63,695 bases of DNA, filler included, from Parasitella parasitica NRRL 2501 (GCA_025201805.1; 6 parts of 6 records of this genome joined end to end with filler, not necessarily neighbours in it), one strand, 5' to 3'. Counted from the whole stretch's first letter, positions 24,238-37,350 are shown. The notes: generated from the sequence alone by a model not told the origin. Made by a program: numbers and translations.

Positions 24238-24585
24238 CACTATGCAATGCTCAGGCAAATCTGCTTTTATCACAGAATGTTTATGTTGGTGTGGGGTGGT
24301 TTTATATCAATAACATGGCAAGGTCTCACATCAGGATCTCAGATCAGTCCCAGGGTCTTATAGTAAATCATGGGTAGTAATGATTTACATTATGCAGCTA
24401 GACAGTAGAACCCTAGTGTAATGAATGTGTATATGATATACATCGTGAGAGATGTATTCTGAATAAAAGTGTAATTCTTTGGCAGAGTTATTTTATCAGA
24501 CTTTTGACATAACTGCAGTAAATTTGAAAGATTTACGAAATATGATGTATACGCACTGCTACATCTTCACTATATCAATCCCTAC

Positions 24586-24678
24586 TGAGAGTTATATGAA
24601 TAACGATTATTTCCAAAGACAATTAAATAAAGAGACTACAAGCGATTATATCACGGAGAACGTAGGGTCTTTATTAAA
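24586..24678 (-). repeat. LTR end of the Gypsy family seen at 57893-60558 (truncated by gap)
   Basis: Identical by eye to 60458-60550; the match begins at TG. Confidence 0.85.
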
Positions 24679-24778
24679 NNNNNNNNNNNNNNNNNNNNNN
24701 NNNNNNNNNNNNNNNNNNNNNNTTAATTAATTAANNNNNNNNNNNNNNNNNNNNNNNNNNNNNNNNNNNNNNNNNNNN
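24679..24778. other. Artificial contig join N44-TTAATTAATTAA-N44 (same 12-mer also at 26243, 57837, 60603, 61899)
   Basis: Identical 12-mer with stops in all six frames, centred in 100-bp gaps. Confidence 0.95.
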
Positions 24779-25151
24779 TCGCTCTCTCAAGAGCAACATC
24801 AGCGAATGGTATGACAATCTTACTACCAGAAAATGTTACGCGAACGGAGAATGTAGTGTATCCAAAAGTCCTATTTAAAAATGCTACATAAAAAATTGAA
24901 CTCTCCTTCACATCATCTTAATGGCTTTCGTTTGACATCAGTTTATAAGCAAAAAGGGGTCTGGAGATCTCCCCCAGTTGAGGGGGGGATGGGGGTTCAA
25001 GGGGGATACCCCCTGACTATTCTGTAGACTTTTTCGTTATCAATGCTTGATTGCTTAATCTACTTGATTTAACAAAATTTTTATTGTAGTGTAAATTATA
25101 TCTTCCCGCAGGGCGACGCCGTCATCGAGCGTAGCGAGATTAAACGGCTAG
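24779..25151 (+). mobile_element. Helitron 3' end (C-terminus of RepHel helicase, subterminal hairpins, CTAG terminus)
   Basis: 24781-24891 reads ALSRATSANGMTILLPENVTRTENVVYPKVL (PIF1-like VALSR...NVVY tail); GCCGT...ACGGC stem then CTAG followed by T. Confidence 0.88.
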
Positions 25152-25321
25152 TTTAACATGTACGACAATACTGCGTAACTAGCATCTTAACTTTGTGCTA
25201 ACCTACATATCAGCAGGCTCAAGATAATAACTTAAATCTATTTGAGTGAGGGGATAGACTTTACCCGAGGTAGTACCCTGATCAATTTTCTATGCGAAAA
25301 TTATTAATATCAATCCATAAG

Positions 25322-25788
25322 CGTATATCATCTCTCTTATAGCCTTATCCAGTCTATATTAATAGTACATGTCTGAGTGTATATCACTTGGTGGTATTCA
25401 TCTTAGCATATATTGGTATATGTAGCATGTCTATATAGCATGTCGTAGGCATATCTATAGCATTGCACATATTGTACAAGTCTGTAGTACATGATGTATC
25501 TGTAGCTAGTATCATGGATACAAGTACAGTATATGTCTTACAGTGCTTATCTAGAAACTGGGGATACGCATCTGAAGCATAGATCTTATATAGCATAAGC
25601 TCGTAACATATACTAAATCTAGTAAATGTCTAAGGCTCGTGTCGAGATATAAGTGTCAGTCTATAGCGTCATTCATCCTAATGGTGCCATCTCTAGCTTA
25701 CATCTTATATAGTATAAATCTGTATTGCACATCTTATTTTCTGTGCGCATAAGTAGTCTACATCAATTTAAGGTAACTGAATGAATAT
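25322..25788. repeat. Dispersed non-coding repeat, about 470 bp (inverted copy at 62162-62650)
   Basis: Long colinear reverse-complement match with substitutions and small indels. Confidence 0.88.
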
Positions 25789-26308
25789 TGGAGTGGAATG
25801 CAGATCATCATAGTGAATGTATTTTACACATGGGATTGGTCAAGATGAATTTGGCATTATCTGCCGAGGTAGAAATCACTCACACCTTTTTGGTCATTAA
25901 AACTTGCAAAACCTCTTTGATACTGCAATAAAATTGGGATCAATTTTATGTGAAAATAAAAAAAAGTAAAAAAATAAAGCCAGAGAAATACAATAATAGT
26001 CTTTCCACCTTTATTTTCGATTAGAAGAAAAAACTGAAGAAAACATACATGCTCTTTAAGAGAGCTTGTATTTATACTACTTGTAAAATTGCCTCACTAC
26101 AGTGAGAATGCTTATTTTACAGCTTATTTGAAGAATGACTTTTGTTGACATTCTCTCACTTGTATTGTAGTTGAGATTTCGATATGTTGGTATTGAAANN
26201 NNNNNNNNNNNNNNNNNNNNNNNNNNNNNNNNNNNNNNNNNNTTAATTAATTAANNNNNNNNNNNNNNNNNNNNNNNNNNNNNNNNNNNNNNNNNNNNTG
26301 CTCTGACT

Positions 26309-26350
26309 ACTACTGTGTTATAATCTTGTTTGGCAATTAAATGTAAAACA
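26309..26350. repeat. Short dispersed repeat (inverted copy at about 60704-60746)
   Basis: TACTACTGTGTTATAATCTTGTTTG.CAATTAAATGT.AAACA in both places. Confidence 0.75.
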
Positions 26351-26856
26351 ACTCACAATAATAGTCAGAACACTCATGCATGTTGTGCCAGTGTCAAAGG
26401 GCGCAGCGTAATGTTATGTAAATAAGATTTGTATAAAGTAATAAAGACTTTCTAAATAAAACCAGATACAAAAACTGAAGACTTTTATTGACATAAGATA
26501 TGATCTCTATTTATACTAAAATATATCTTATCAATGTTTATCCACATAACATCTGATGTTTGACAAGAAGTGCCAAACCTTATTAAATCACAGCATTTCC
26601 AGGACAGACCTATCTTTCTACTTTACATTAAAGAGAAGATTGGGTAGGATGTCTTCCCGACATCCCGCGATCTGATCTAGATGTATTCTTTGAATAAGCC
26701 TGAAACCTTGCAAGAGGTCCAATTACAACTTGTAGCTTATTCCTTATTTGTAAAGGAATTACCAACAATTAATATCATGATCCGTGCGTTATGACTAAGT
26801 TAGATATGACATATGTAGCCTTTATATGGATACAACAATGCAAACAAAAAGTAATT

Positions 26857-26882
26857 TATATCACGTGATTTTGCTCTGTATT
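26857..26882 (+). promoter_or_regulatory. Upstream E-box element of tRNA-Asp (CACGTG at -72..-67)
   Basis: TATATCACGTGATTTTGCTCTGTATT. Confidence 0.65.
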
Positions 26883-26933
26883 AAAAATATTATTTATTTA
26901 TTATTAAACTTAGCAGTTAACTAAAATAAGAAA

Positions 26934-27005
26934 TCTTCGGTAGTATAGTGGTAAGTATCCCCGCCTGTCACGCGGGAGACCGGGGTTCAATTCCCCGCCG
27001 GAGAG
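26934..27005 (+). tRNA. tRNA-Asp(GTC)
   Basis: TCTTCGG/CCGGAGA acceptor stem, CCCGC-CT-GTC-AC-GCGGG anticodon arm, GTTCAATTC B box, T6 terminator. Confidence 0.96.
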
Positions 27006-27139
27006 CTTTTTGATACTTTTTGTGGTGTCTGTAGTTAACAAATATTGAAATAATGGTTTGATCGTATATGGACTAAACAGTTAAAAAATTCAAGTTTTTC
27101 ATCACCATTTTATTTTTATAATTAGATTCTATATACCAA

Positions 27140-28150
27140 ACAATATATTATATATATCTCCAATTCTTCAAACTAAAAAAAACAACAACTACTAGAACAA
27201 CAGAACAATCTCGAAGACAGCTTTGCATAGACTTCTTTGATGAAGGGATGACTGTTGAAAATGTCTGCCAAAAGTAAGGTTAGCTGATGGTACTGCGCGT
27301 GACATTCTCAAAAGATTCAAAAAGGAGGATTTTACTCATTACAAACCGAGAGGAAGATGGCATAATGTCGAAATCATACAAAATCACTTTGATTTGCTTG
27401 AAGACTAAGAAGAAGGATATATTCTTATACTAGACGAATTGAAATTTAAGCTTCTTGAAAGGCTTCCTAGATGACTCGCCAAATGAAAATCAATCAGTGA
27501 GGAGGCAGTTCGATTTATTTTGATAGCCACTTGGGATTCACATTGAAAAAAGCTTCACCATTGGAAGAAGCTCAATTAAGGGATGATGTACAAGAGAAAC
27601 GTAATTATTATGCTAAAAATCTGATACAGGAGGGTGTAAACTACCTTGAAAACTGTATCTTTGTCGAAGAATCCGGTTTCAACACATGTATGGTTCCAGG
27701 CAGAGCAAGATCAAGAAAAGGGAAGAAGGCACATATCCTCACTAAAATGAAAAGAGCAAAGAATATTTCAATAACGGGAGCTATTAGTTCAAAACGTATT
27801 TCAAGCATTTATAATTGAACGAGAAACAAATGGAGAAATATTCTCAAAACTCGTAGAGGTTTTTTTGAAATGGCTTGATTAAGAGTATCCTAGTCAATCA
27901 TTTTTTTTGTCTTGTATAATGCCAGCTTTCACAAAGTCCCTATGATTAAAGAAAAATTCAATAACAGAATCGAGTCTTGCTTCAGCAAACTGAAAAACTA
28001 TACTGTATTTGAAGATAGCCAAAAGTGGGCAAGCAGCGAATGCTAGAATTGATCAAGGCCAGTGAAAGAAATGTGAAACTAAAATACTGTCGTGGATGGG
28101 TAGAGTAATGTGTGAATTATATCGCACGGTGTTTTACGGGTGAAGACGTT
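27140..28150 (+). pseudogene. Tc1/IS630-like DDE transposase relic
   Basis: GFTLKK, NCIFVEESGFN, NISITGAISS, LYNASFH, NRIESCFSKLK with stops and frameshifts; boundaries approximate. Confidence 0.85.
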
Positions 28151-28528
28151 GTCTTTGACAATTCTATGATTTTATCCCGGGTTCAGGTACACTATGTTAC
28201 CCCTTTTAATTTTTCAATTTTGCAGAACGAGTTCTATTTTCCCAACTTTGACCTTGAAATACGATGCATGATTTCTGTTTAATAAATCAAATATACAGAG
28301 ATCAATGTCGCCTTTAACCTATTCCTTCTTCATTTCTTCAATCCACATTTTTTACAATATATTCGTATCTATCTTTTTGACCCTTATTTCTACAAGAAAA
28401 GGATTCATTATGGTAAAGGGTTCCCTGATAAAATCAATCATTAATTGACATAGTTCAAACAGCACTTCACACGATCAGGTCTTCTCGTCTTCTTGCCAAT
28501 ACGTCCCTTGTTTGTACAGTTACAAGTG

Positions 28529-28563
<35 letters not shown>

Positions 28564-28847
28564 TAAAATATGTACACTTTGGATGCACATCCAATAAAAC
28601 ATAGATATTATTGTAAAAGATGTATCCACACAAAACTATTTCTTAAGCGGTAGAGAAAAACATTACAATCATTATATCTTGGGTGATGATCTATACCATA
28701 TTGATATTGTAGGGTATATCATTTTATAATAGAGTGTATCACAAACACGCGTGACCAACAGAAAAAGATATACACACTGGTTTATCACTGTACATCATAT
28801 TATTTCCCTTCTTCTTTCTTCCTTTTTCTTTAGTATTACAGAATAAA

Positions 28848-31800
28848 ATGTCCACAGCAGGTGGATATAATTCTACCAACACAACCAATCAAGGTGATGA
28901 ACTAGGGCAACGATTCACATCGACTCACCGTATAAAAAGATTTAATTATGAAACGTGTGTTAAAAAATATCAATTATCCATTGTGGCTTTCAGTGCTGTT
29001 GTAGTATTCATTGTTTTGCTGATACGGTTGGCTACATGGCTCCCTGATAGTGAACATAAAAAAGATTTTTATCCTATCGAAGCACCTATTATGCCCGGTA
29101 TTTCATCAACTAATTTTCAAGAAGGATTAGCCACATGTCGAGAGATACATCATCCTAAACCATCAAACGTTGCTACACATAGAAGAATGTCGAACCCTCG
29201 TGTACCCAAAGATAGTCAACCAATTGTGCTCAGAAATGTCGTTGTTTGGGATGGGCAAGGAGAAATCTTAGATCATGTTGATGTCTTGATGAACAACGGT
29301 ATAATTTCTGAAGTGAAACCCAACATCCAGGCACCAGCATCGGCAAAAATCATTGATGTTAAAGGTCATATCGTATCTCCAGGCATTGTTGATATGCACA
29401 CGTACGTTGAAACACAAAATTTCGTATAAATAATACTAACATCTAAACATACAGACATTTAGGTGTTGCGTCATGGCCAGATTTGTCAGGAACATCAGAT
29501 ACAAACGAAAAAACAAATCCTGTTACACCTTTTGTGAGAACTTTGGATGCATTTAACCCATCTGATAAAGCAATTCGCATTGTTGCATCTGGCGGGATAA
29601 CGACAGCACTTGTTTTACCCGGCTCAGGTAATTTGATTGGAGGTGAAGCATTTGCTTTTAAATTAAGACCAATGCGCACTATGAGCAATCAAGATATGTT
29701 GGTTCAAAATGGCATCGATGAAAAAAAAGAGCAGAAATGGCGATATATGAAGATGGCATGTGGTGAAAATCCCAAGGTAACTAATTTTTTACATAAATAT
29801 TTACACTTTGATTGATGTGACATGTAAAGAGTTATGCTGGAATGGGACGCATGCCGTCAACAAGTTAGTATATTGACGTGTATCGCATGAAATATAGGAC
29901 TCAGGCTTTATTTATTAGGATTGGGAGAATCATACTTGTTCCGTCAAGCATTTGCTGACGCTCGAAAACTAGTCGAAGCCCAAGAAGATTGGTGCTCTGC
30001 AGCCGAAAAGTTATCTTCCATCGACAATGTGCATTTTGACAAGCAATTTCCCCAAGATATCCGACTAGAATCACTCACAGCATTATTACGAGGTCAAGTT
30101 AAACTTAATGTTCATTGCTACGAGACTCATGATATCGAGGCTATGATGAGACATGCAAATGAATTTAGTTTCGAAATCAGTGCTTTTCATCACGCTTTAG
30201 AAGCATACAAAATACCCGATATCCTCAAAAGAGCACAAAATAACATTACAATCGCAACTTTTGCTGATCACTGGGGCTACAAAAAGGAAGCTTTTGGTGC
30301 ATCCCCGAGAGCACCTAAATACCTGTACGAAGCAGGCATTCCTGTTGCATTGAAGAGTGATCATCCAGTTCTTAATTCACAGCATATGGCATTTGAAGCA
30401 GCCAAAGCAGCACATCACGGTTTACCTCCTCAGGAGGCTTTCAAAGCCATAACATCTGTGCCGGCAAATGCACTTGGTTTAGGCCATCGCATTGGCTCAT
30501 TAAAAGTCGGATATGACGCTGATTTAGTTATCTGGGATCGTAGTCCTTTGGCCCTTGGTGCTGCACCTTTGCAAGTTTTTATAGATGGTGTTCCCCTGTT
30601 TGATGAAAAGCCCATTACGCCATTCAAAAAAGATCTAATCAAAAACACAGCTCAACCAGGACAGATTTCTGAGCTTCCCAAAGAAGGCCTTAAAAACTAC
30701 ATTTTGACTAACGTTGGATCCAATTACATAAGCAAGTCCAACACAGTTGTTGTACAAAATGGACAGATTGTTTGTGCAACAACAGAAGATGATTGCAAAT
30801 CGATACTAAGTCAAAGCGATTTCGAGACATTTGATGTACAAGGAGGCTATATTCTACCTGTAAGTGAACACAGTTATTCTTTGTGTTCATAAAACCTGAC
30901 CAGCATCTAGGGGCTGATTGCTGTAGGATCAAAACTGGGTCTTGTAGAAATACCCTCAGAAGGTTCGACTGGCGACGGTATCGTTCCATCGTCATTTTCA
31001 CAAAATCCCAAATCAGTCATTGAAGCAGTGGATGGATTGAAGTTAGGAACAAAAAAGCTAGGTGAAGCTTACAAGGGTGGGATCTTGACTACAATTAGCT
31101 CACCCGTCTCTAAAAATATTGTCATTGGCACAAGTGTTGCATTCAAAACCAAGGCAGATTCAAGTAAGTTCAAATGTCAAGAAGCCCACTGATTTCAAAC
31201 ATTTAAATTATACCAAAAGTTTTATCAGATGGTGCTTTGCTCTCACCTGCGGCTGCTCTTCATCTTCAGATAGGTGATGCAGCTAAATCTGACAGCTTCC
31301 CTACAGTATCATCTCAAATTGCATTTTTGAGGCAGATATTTACAGACAACATCAACACTGAAAATCACTACGGACAGGCTGCTCGCGGGGAAATCCCATT
31401 GATCATTATGGTGAATAACAAAGATGAAATTGCTTCTATAGTCCAATTGAAAGAAAAGATAATCCCTAAAGCACGCCTTGCTATTATGGGTGGCGCAGAA
31501 GCCCACTTACTTGCTCCACATTTGGCATCAGCCAAGATTGCAGTTATCTTGAGACCCTATTTATGTACACCAGAAAACTTTGACTCTAGTCATTGCTTGA
31601 CTGGTGCGCCATTAACAAATGGAACTGCAGCACATATTTTACATCATCATAAAGTAAAAATTGGTTTAGGGGTATCTAATGATGGTTGGGCTCGTAATTT
31701 AGCGTGGGATGCTGGTTGGTTGGCTGCTACATCATACGAGGAGATGGAAATCACAGAAGCCGACGCTATTAAATTTGTCACTACCAATCTTCAAGAGATC

Positions 31801-31926
31801 TTTGGACTCAAAGAAGATAATGAATCACTGCATAACGAATTTGTATTATGGTCTGGAAATCCAATGGGTATGCAAAGTCAACCAATATTTGTTCATACGC
31901 AAGAGAATGGCATTCAGTATATCTAA
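28848..31926 (+). CDS. Membrane-anchored amidohydrolase-superfamily protein, tandem domains (multi-exon)
   Basis: N-terminal TM segment; PGIVDMHTH, KMACGENPK, VHCYE, FHHALEA, KSDHPV, IGSLKVGYDADLVIW; second domain lacks metal ligands. Confidence 0.9.
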
Positions 31927-32735
31927 TAAATTTATACAAATAATTTGCATATGAAACAAAGCGTGAAATGAATGATCATGTATTTTTATTCGAAAAGTAG
32001 CTCTTTAAATAGAATAGAGCATGTTGAAAGTCGCTTGAAAGTCGCTTGAATTTCTCGAAATTAGACATGGAAATCCAGAAAAGACGATTTTTTAAAATGT
32101 ACACTATGTTCTTTTTAATAATATGTTATTATGTTAAGGGCTTTAGCGACATATAGAAAGTATTAAAGCTTATAATATAATATAGGTTTAAAGGTAAAGA
32201 GAGAGAAAAAAAAGTGCTGCCGTTGCTATTTGTAGTCAAAAGCTGTAGGCCTTTTGTTTTGTATACGATATGCTTATTCAGAAAGAAAAAACTAGCAAGT
32301 ATAAGCTGATCTGCCCCGTTATGCAACGCTCAGTACGTGCTTCCACTGACTCAGGCCTTCTTTGTCTTACAAAACTGTTCACTATTGCCCACAACGGGAT
32401 ACAAATGCTATATGTAATAATATTTACAGTTTGGAACGGTAATAGATCTTTATGAGTACAAATAAGAAGCGTACTAGTTTTATTCAAAGAGCTCAAATAA
32501 TTAAATGCATCAACATAGTTTTTATTTCTTGATTACTCAGACGCCCTGTCCTTCCTTAGTTGTTATCTCCAAATTCCCTTCAGTCTTTTGCCACTATTTC
32601 GAGAAATGTTATTTTTTTATTATAAAGAGAATACCTTAATATTAGATGAATTATTTATTTGGATAAAAAACGATCTATACCCACGCAGTGCCATAACTTC
32701 ATTATTTAAATTGTTGCCTGAATGTGTGCCTGAAG

Positions 32736-32757
32736 CACGTGAATTTTATCACGTGAT
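32736..32757 (+). promoter_or_regulatory. Tandem E-boxes upstream of the tRNA-Arg pseudogene (-73 and -59)
   Basis: CACGTGAATTTTATCACGTGAT. Confidence 0.55.
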
Positions 32758-32808
32758 AACAGCAAATGGAGTTAATGCTAGTGAAAGAATGTTAAAAGGT
32801 TTAGCTAG

Positions 32809-32881
32809 GCTTCGGTGGCCTAATTGGATAAGGCATCCGTCTTCTAAACGTGAAATTGGGGGTTCTACCCCCCTCGAAATA
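32809..32881 (+). pseudogene. Degenerate tRNA-Arg(TCT)
   Basis: Intact A box/D arm TGGCCTAATTGGATAAGGC and CT-TCT-AA loop, but mispaired anticodon and acceptor stems and T loop TTCTACC. Confidence 0.8.
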
Positions 32882-32936
32882 TTTTACTTTTTAGAGTAGT
32901 CTATGTAATCAATAAATCCAACATCACTGTGCCGTG

Positions 32937-33082
32937 TGTCGTGTGCAGAGATGGTGTTATGTTGTGATAAGTGTATATCAAATATGAAGTAAGAGATAAA
33001 AGATGATGTTTATTCTTTTGTATTTCAATTGATATTTATGTTAACTACAGGAGTTACACACAAAGTCTGTGTGTACCTGACA
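32937..33082. mobile_element. Solo LTR, 146 bp
   Basis: TGTC...GACA ends, CGTG 4-bp duplication, homologous to 23745-24029. Confidence 0.85.
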
Positions 33083-33891
33083 CGTGTGCGCAAATGTTAG
33101 TTTTAAATTAAGTTTTGAAAATATATTATGCGCTGCTGAGTTACGTGATACCATAGTTAACTATGGTTTAACCACTGAAAGAAAATCATAGTTTAGATTT
33201 GCGTCAAGCATCTCATCCCGAGAACCGTCCACACTGACAGACGAAGCCGTGATAGAAGACGTAGGGACCCCTTTTACTGAATATCAGGCAAACAGCTCTC
33301 AGGAAAGCAATGTTAAAAGTAATGAGCCTTTTGGAATCTTTTACTAGTTACTTAATGTTACATAAAACATTGGTTCCCCTGAACGAGACCAGGGTAGGAT
33401 AAACAGTGCAGAGAGGCCAATAGAATACAAAGTTATTTCTACGCTCAAAGAACATCAAAAGGACATTGGGAGCAAAACAAAAGAGAGGTGAGTAGAGTCT
33501 CTGTAGCACTTGTTTTTGAGATGTACCATTTAAACAGCATACTTGCTCTAGTAAAACATCTGAGCGATGAGCAGCATATGTTTTGAAGGAGCATTGCCTC
33601 TAAGACTACGGGAATAGCCTTGTTTATCCAAAAGAGGTAGATAGATTAGATTGAAAACATTGAAAGACCAGCGATCTTTGATCGACTATTCTCTTGGCTA
33701 TGGTGTCATATTTGAGCATCTTCTCAGATAGCATACTTTGGTCGGAAGAGTACCATAAAATCTATATGAAACAAAAATTTAAAGTATCCATAATAAACCA
33801 CGTTATCCCTTACCTGTTCTAGTGAAAAGCCTCAAATTATATTCACTAGATCACTGACAAATTGTATCTCTCAATTTTTTTTTACTATTTT

Positions 33892-35849
33892 AAAAAAAAA
33901 AAAATCCAAGTGAATGGTAAATGTCACGGTGTTTGTGATAATACATATATATTAGGTTTTCTGATAACAAACCTCCTATTTCTGATAAAAGTCGAGAAAT
34001 TTCTGAGAGAAGATGAGCCACACCTGTTTTATCCTTTTACTATAAAGAAAGGTATACTTGTAGCATCAAACATATTTACTTTATTGAGCTGTGTTATGTA
34101 CTAGAATTGAAATTGACATGATATCATCTCCAGATAGATATTTTTTTACAGCTTAAAAGCAAGAACTTTAGCTTTATAAGCCATTTTTTGATTAATTTTT
34201 TATAATCAAAAATGCCCTGAAAACACGAAAAATAGTATCCATTGATAAAAAACTATATTATAAATGATTTTGGTGCAATTTGAGCATGATTTTTTTTTCG
34301 ATGCAAAATGACGGATTTTTTCGATTTTTCCCTTGTATCCACACATCCAAAATCATCGAAAGTGCATTATCCTCGATTTAGACCCCAAAAATGCAACTTT
34401 TTACTATAACATGTATTGGAGGAAAATGATCGTAAAAGACCATTCCTTGATCTGAAAGACTGGAAATGCGCTCTGATTAAGCAAAAAATTGACCTTTCCC
34501 TCTTAATCTGTTTTTGAGTTTTTTTGGTAGAATTTCTTCCATGAGCATACGGGAATTATGAAATGGTACCATCGTGTAGAGCGTCCAAAAATACAGCTAT
34601 TATCATAGACTGACAGCCGTGGTATGCATAGTATGAGAGTATGATATCTTGTCTCAAAGGAGTAATTCTGTTTTCGAATTGTCCAAATGGAGTTTCTGAA
34701 AGAAGTTTATCTTCCTTATTTTGGATGCATTTAATCGCCGCTGTTGAAGAAAAAACGGGGGGGGGGGGGTTTTTTTGAAGAAAGTATAAGCTTTAAGAAG
34801 CCATAGCTTACCCAATTTAAAAATAAACAGTTTCAAGCTAATTTATTTAAATTTTGCGCTTCTTGGCTTTCTAATGGTAGTATTTGCATGTCTCTACCTG
34901 GCCTGACGATCTCACACTCCAATTTTGAAAAATACTTTTCCGATAAAAGTCAGAAAAGTCGCTACCTTCATCTGATTTCAACTTAAAAAGTACAAAAACT
35001 TGCTCTGAGTTGTGCAATTATGTAATCAAAAGGTGTATTATAGTCTAATGCATTACTTTGCATTACTTGTTTTAGTGTTTGAGATCGCTAAACATTGTTT
35101 TCTTACAGTTTTTGTCTTTTTTCTGACAATAACACACTGAAGTTTGCGCAGACTAAAATTCAGGCGCCTAAAATCTACGATGGGTTTGCAAAAACATTCA
35201 CTTTTGAACCATTCCAATATTATAAAAAAAAATTGGCACATGCTTGAGTAGCTGTTCTACTGTGCAACTGAATATAGAGAACCCAGCTTGGTATAGGTCT
35301 TACAAAACCTCCTACACTAGAAAATACCAAATCAACTGAGGGTATAAGAAAATGCCAGAGAAAATGAAACAATATGCCACCAGGATAACACATTCATTCA
35401 TAAAAAAATATCTGTATAGAAATTTACGAAGTCCCAAGGACATAAATAAAGCTTATCTTCAACCTTGCTCTTCGTTCAAGAATCCAATTAAAAGTATTTG
35501 ATACAAAATCAACAGACACACTTAGACCCAGAATCAGATATTTGTCAATAGACAACCATAACCTTTTTTTTGTTTTTAAAAAAAATACTACCTTGACCCT
35601 GAAGATATGATATAGATAGCTCAATTCGCAACACATTCTCTCTATATTTTCACTATGTATGAATGAAACTCTTTTTCTCTAAGTATGGAAATCCCCACTT
35701 TAAAATCTTTTTAGAGAGACATTTCTCTTCTCTCAGAAACTTCTTGGCTTTTATCAGAGATAAAAGGTTTGTTGCCAGAAACCCTAATATATATTATCAC
35801 AATCACCATGACCTTTAATCATTTACTTGAACTTTTTTTTTTTTTTTTT
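33892..35849. mobile_element. Non-autonomous DNA transposon-like element with diverged inverted repeats of about 120 bp
   Basis: 33892-34013 is an imperfect reverse complement of 35726-35849; interior non-coding. Confidence 0.7.
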
Positions 35850-37350
35850 CAGTCTGGTCTCTGAGAGGCTTCTCTTCTTTTAAATAGTTTCCACTACTCT
35901 GGGCATCAGCTTCATTTTCCTCCTCGTCAGAGCTGTTATTGGGCTCATTATCCTCGTACTCTTCCTCCAGCTCCATCGTCATGTAGAGAAATCTCGTTCA
36001 TATCAAAGTCAATATCCATTTTTTCGTTGAGAAAAATACTTTTCTACTAATTGCTCTTATTTTTCCTGAGGTTTTCTTTTATTTTATTAGTCAATTTTCG
36101 CTCTTATTTTGCCCAATAATTTTCTCTTATAAATTGTTCATTTCTTTTCGCTCCTATTTGACAGGGTTACATGTGACTCAATGAAGAAGGAAGCCTGTTT
36201 TGGGCCGATTAAAATATCTTGGATCATGCTCCGTTTTTTATAGTCAATTGCTTTCTAAATTAGGCTTCGTGAGAAAGACGGTGAGAAAAAGTTGATTGTT
36301 GCAGTCTGTGCTTGTTGTATAAGTCTGAAAAGAGCCCCTCAGGCATATTTAAAGACATACAAAAGATGTTGTATTCAGCAATTCTCGGCTGCATTTCGCT
36401 GGATTTCAGTAGTTGGTTTTCATACATTAGCACTGTAAAAACGTACATGTCGATAGCACCGCGGTAGACATTATTGATCCAATTAAGGATGCCAGCATGA
36501 GGCTATAATGATGATGCATGATCAAATAGCTTAATTTTGTACATATAAACAAAGAGACCTCGTAATTTCCATTTTGGACCTGATAATCTCGCATATGTAA
36601 CAATAGGAAATCGAAATAAAATATGTATTGCACATGATCCATGTTCTCAATAGACACCATTTTGTAGCATCGGCCATCTCTGCAAAACAAAAGTAGAGCC
36701 GAGCAACTATATAAAATTGTGATCAAAGGAATTCGTTCTACAGAACAAGAATAGCCTTAAACGAATGGGATATCGTAAGCTTATCATTGCCTGTTTAGGA
36801 TCGCTATGCTGTAATTTCTCCTTTCTGCCAATGTTCAGTCAGCCATACGAAATGGGGTATTCATTAGTGTAAATCTCATCTAGCCACATCATCAGTCTCT
36901 GTACATTTGCTCTGCTCATTTAGGCTTGGTCCCAATCCCTGGGAAAACAAGTGGGAAAGTTAAAAATATCACACAAATATACGTCCTTGATATTTTTACC
37001 GCGTGATGGANNNNNNNNNNAACTGCAAAATGACAGTACGCAACAGACCGAGAATCAGTGGCAGTAGACTAATCCCAAACATCATATCAATAAACATTAG
37101 TTTTTATCCCCCTCAAAGTTATACTTTCTTATTTTTCTGTTAGCTTTCTATTCCTCCTTATATTGATGGTATTATAATAATGAAAGTGCAGGTAATAAAC
37201 ATCCCGTATACGTACTCTCTCAACAAAATGCTGCAAAACCATACTCAACTGCAATCCCGTTCTTTGTAAAATGTCAGTTGGGGAAAAAAAAAAAACTGAT
37301 GTGCAGATGACCCGATACTTTTAAACATTGAGCAATAAACATGCATATTT

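Noticed and set aside
24723-24734. TTAATTAATTAA recurring five times between N runs
   Set aside because: Artificial six-frame-stop linker; adjacency across these joins is not reliable
36260-36960. Possible gene on the minus strand
   Set aside because: Multiple stops and no recognisable motif; at most an unidentified relic
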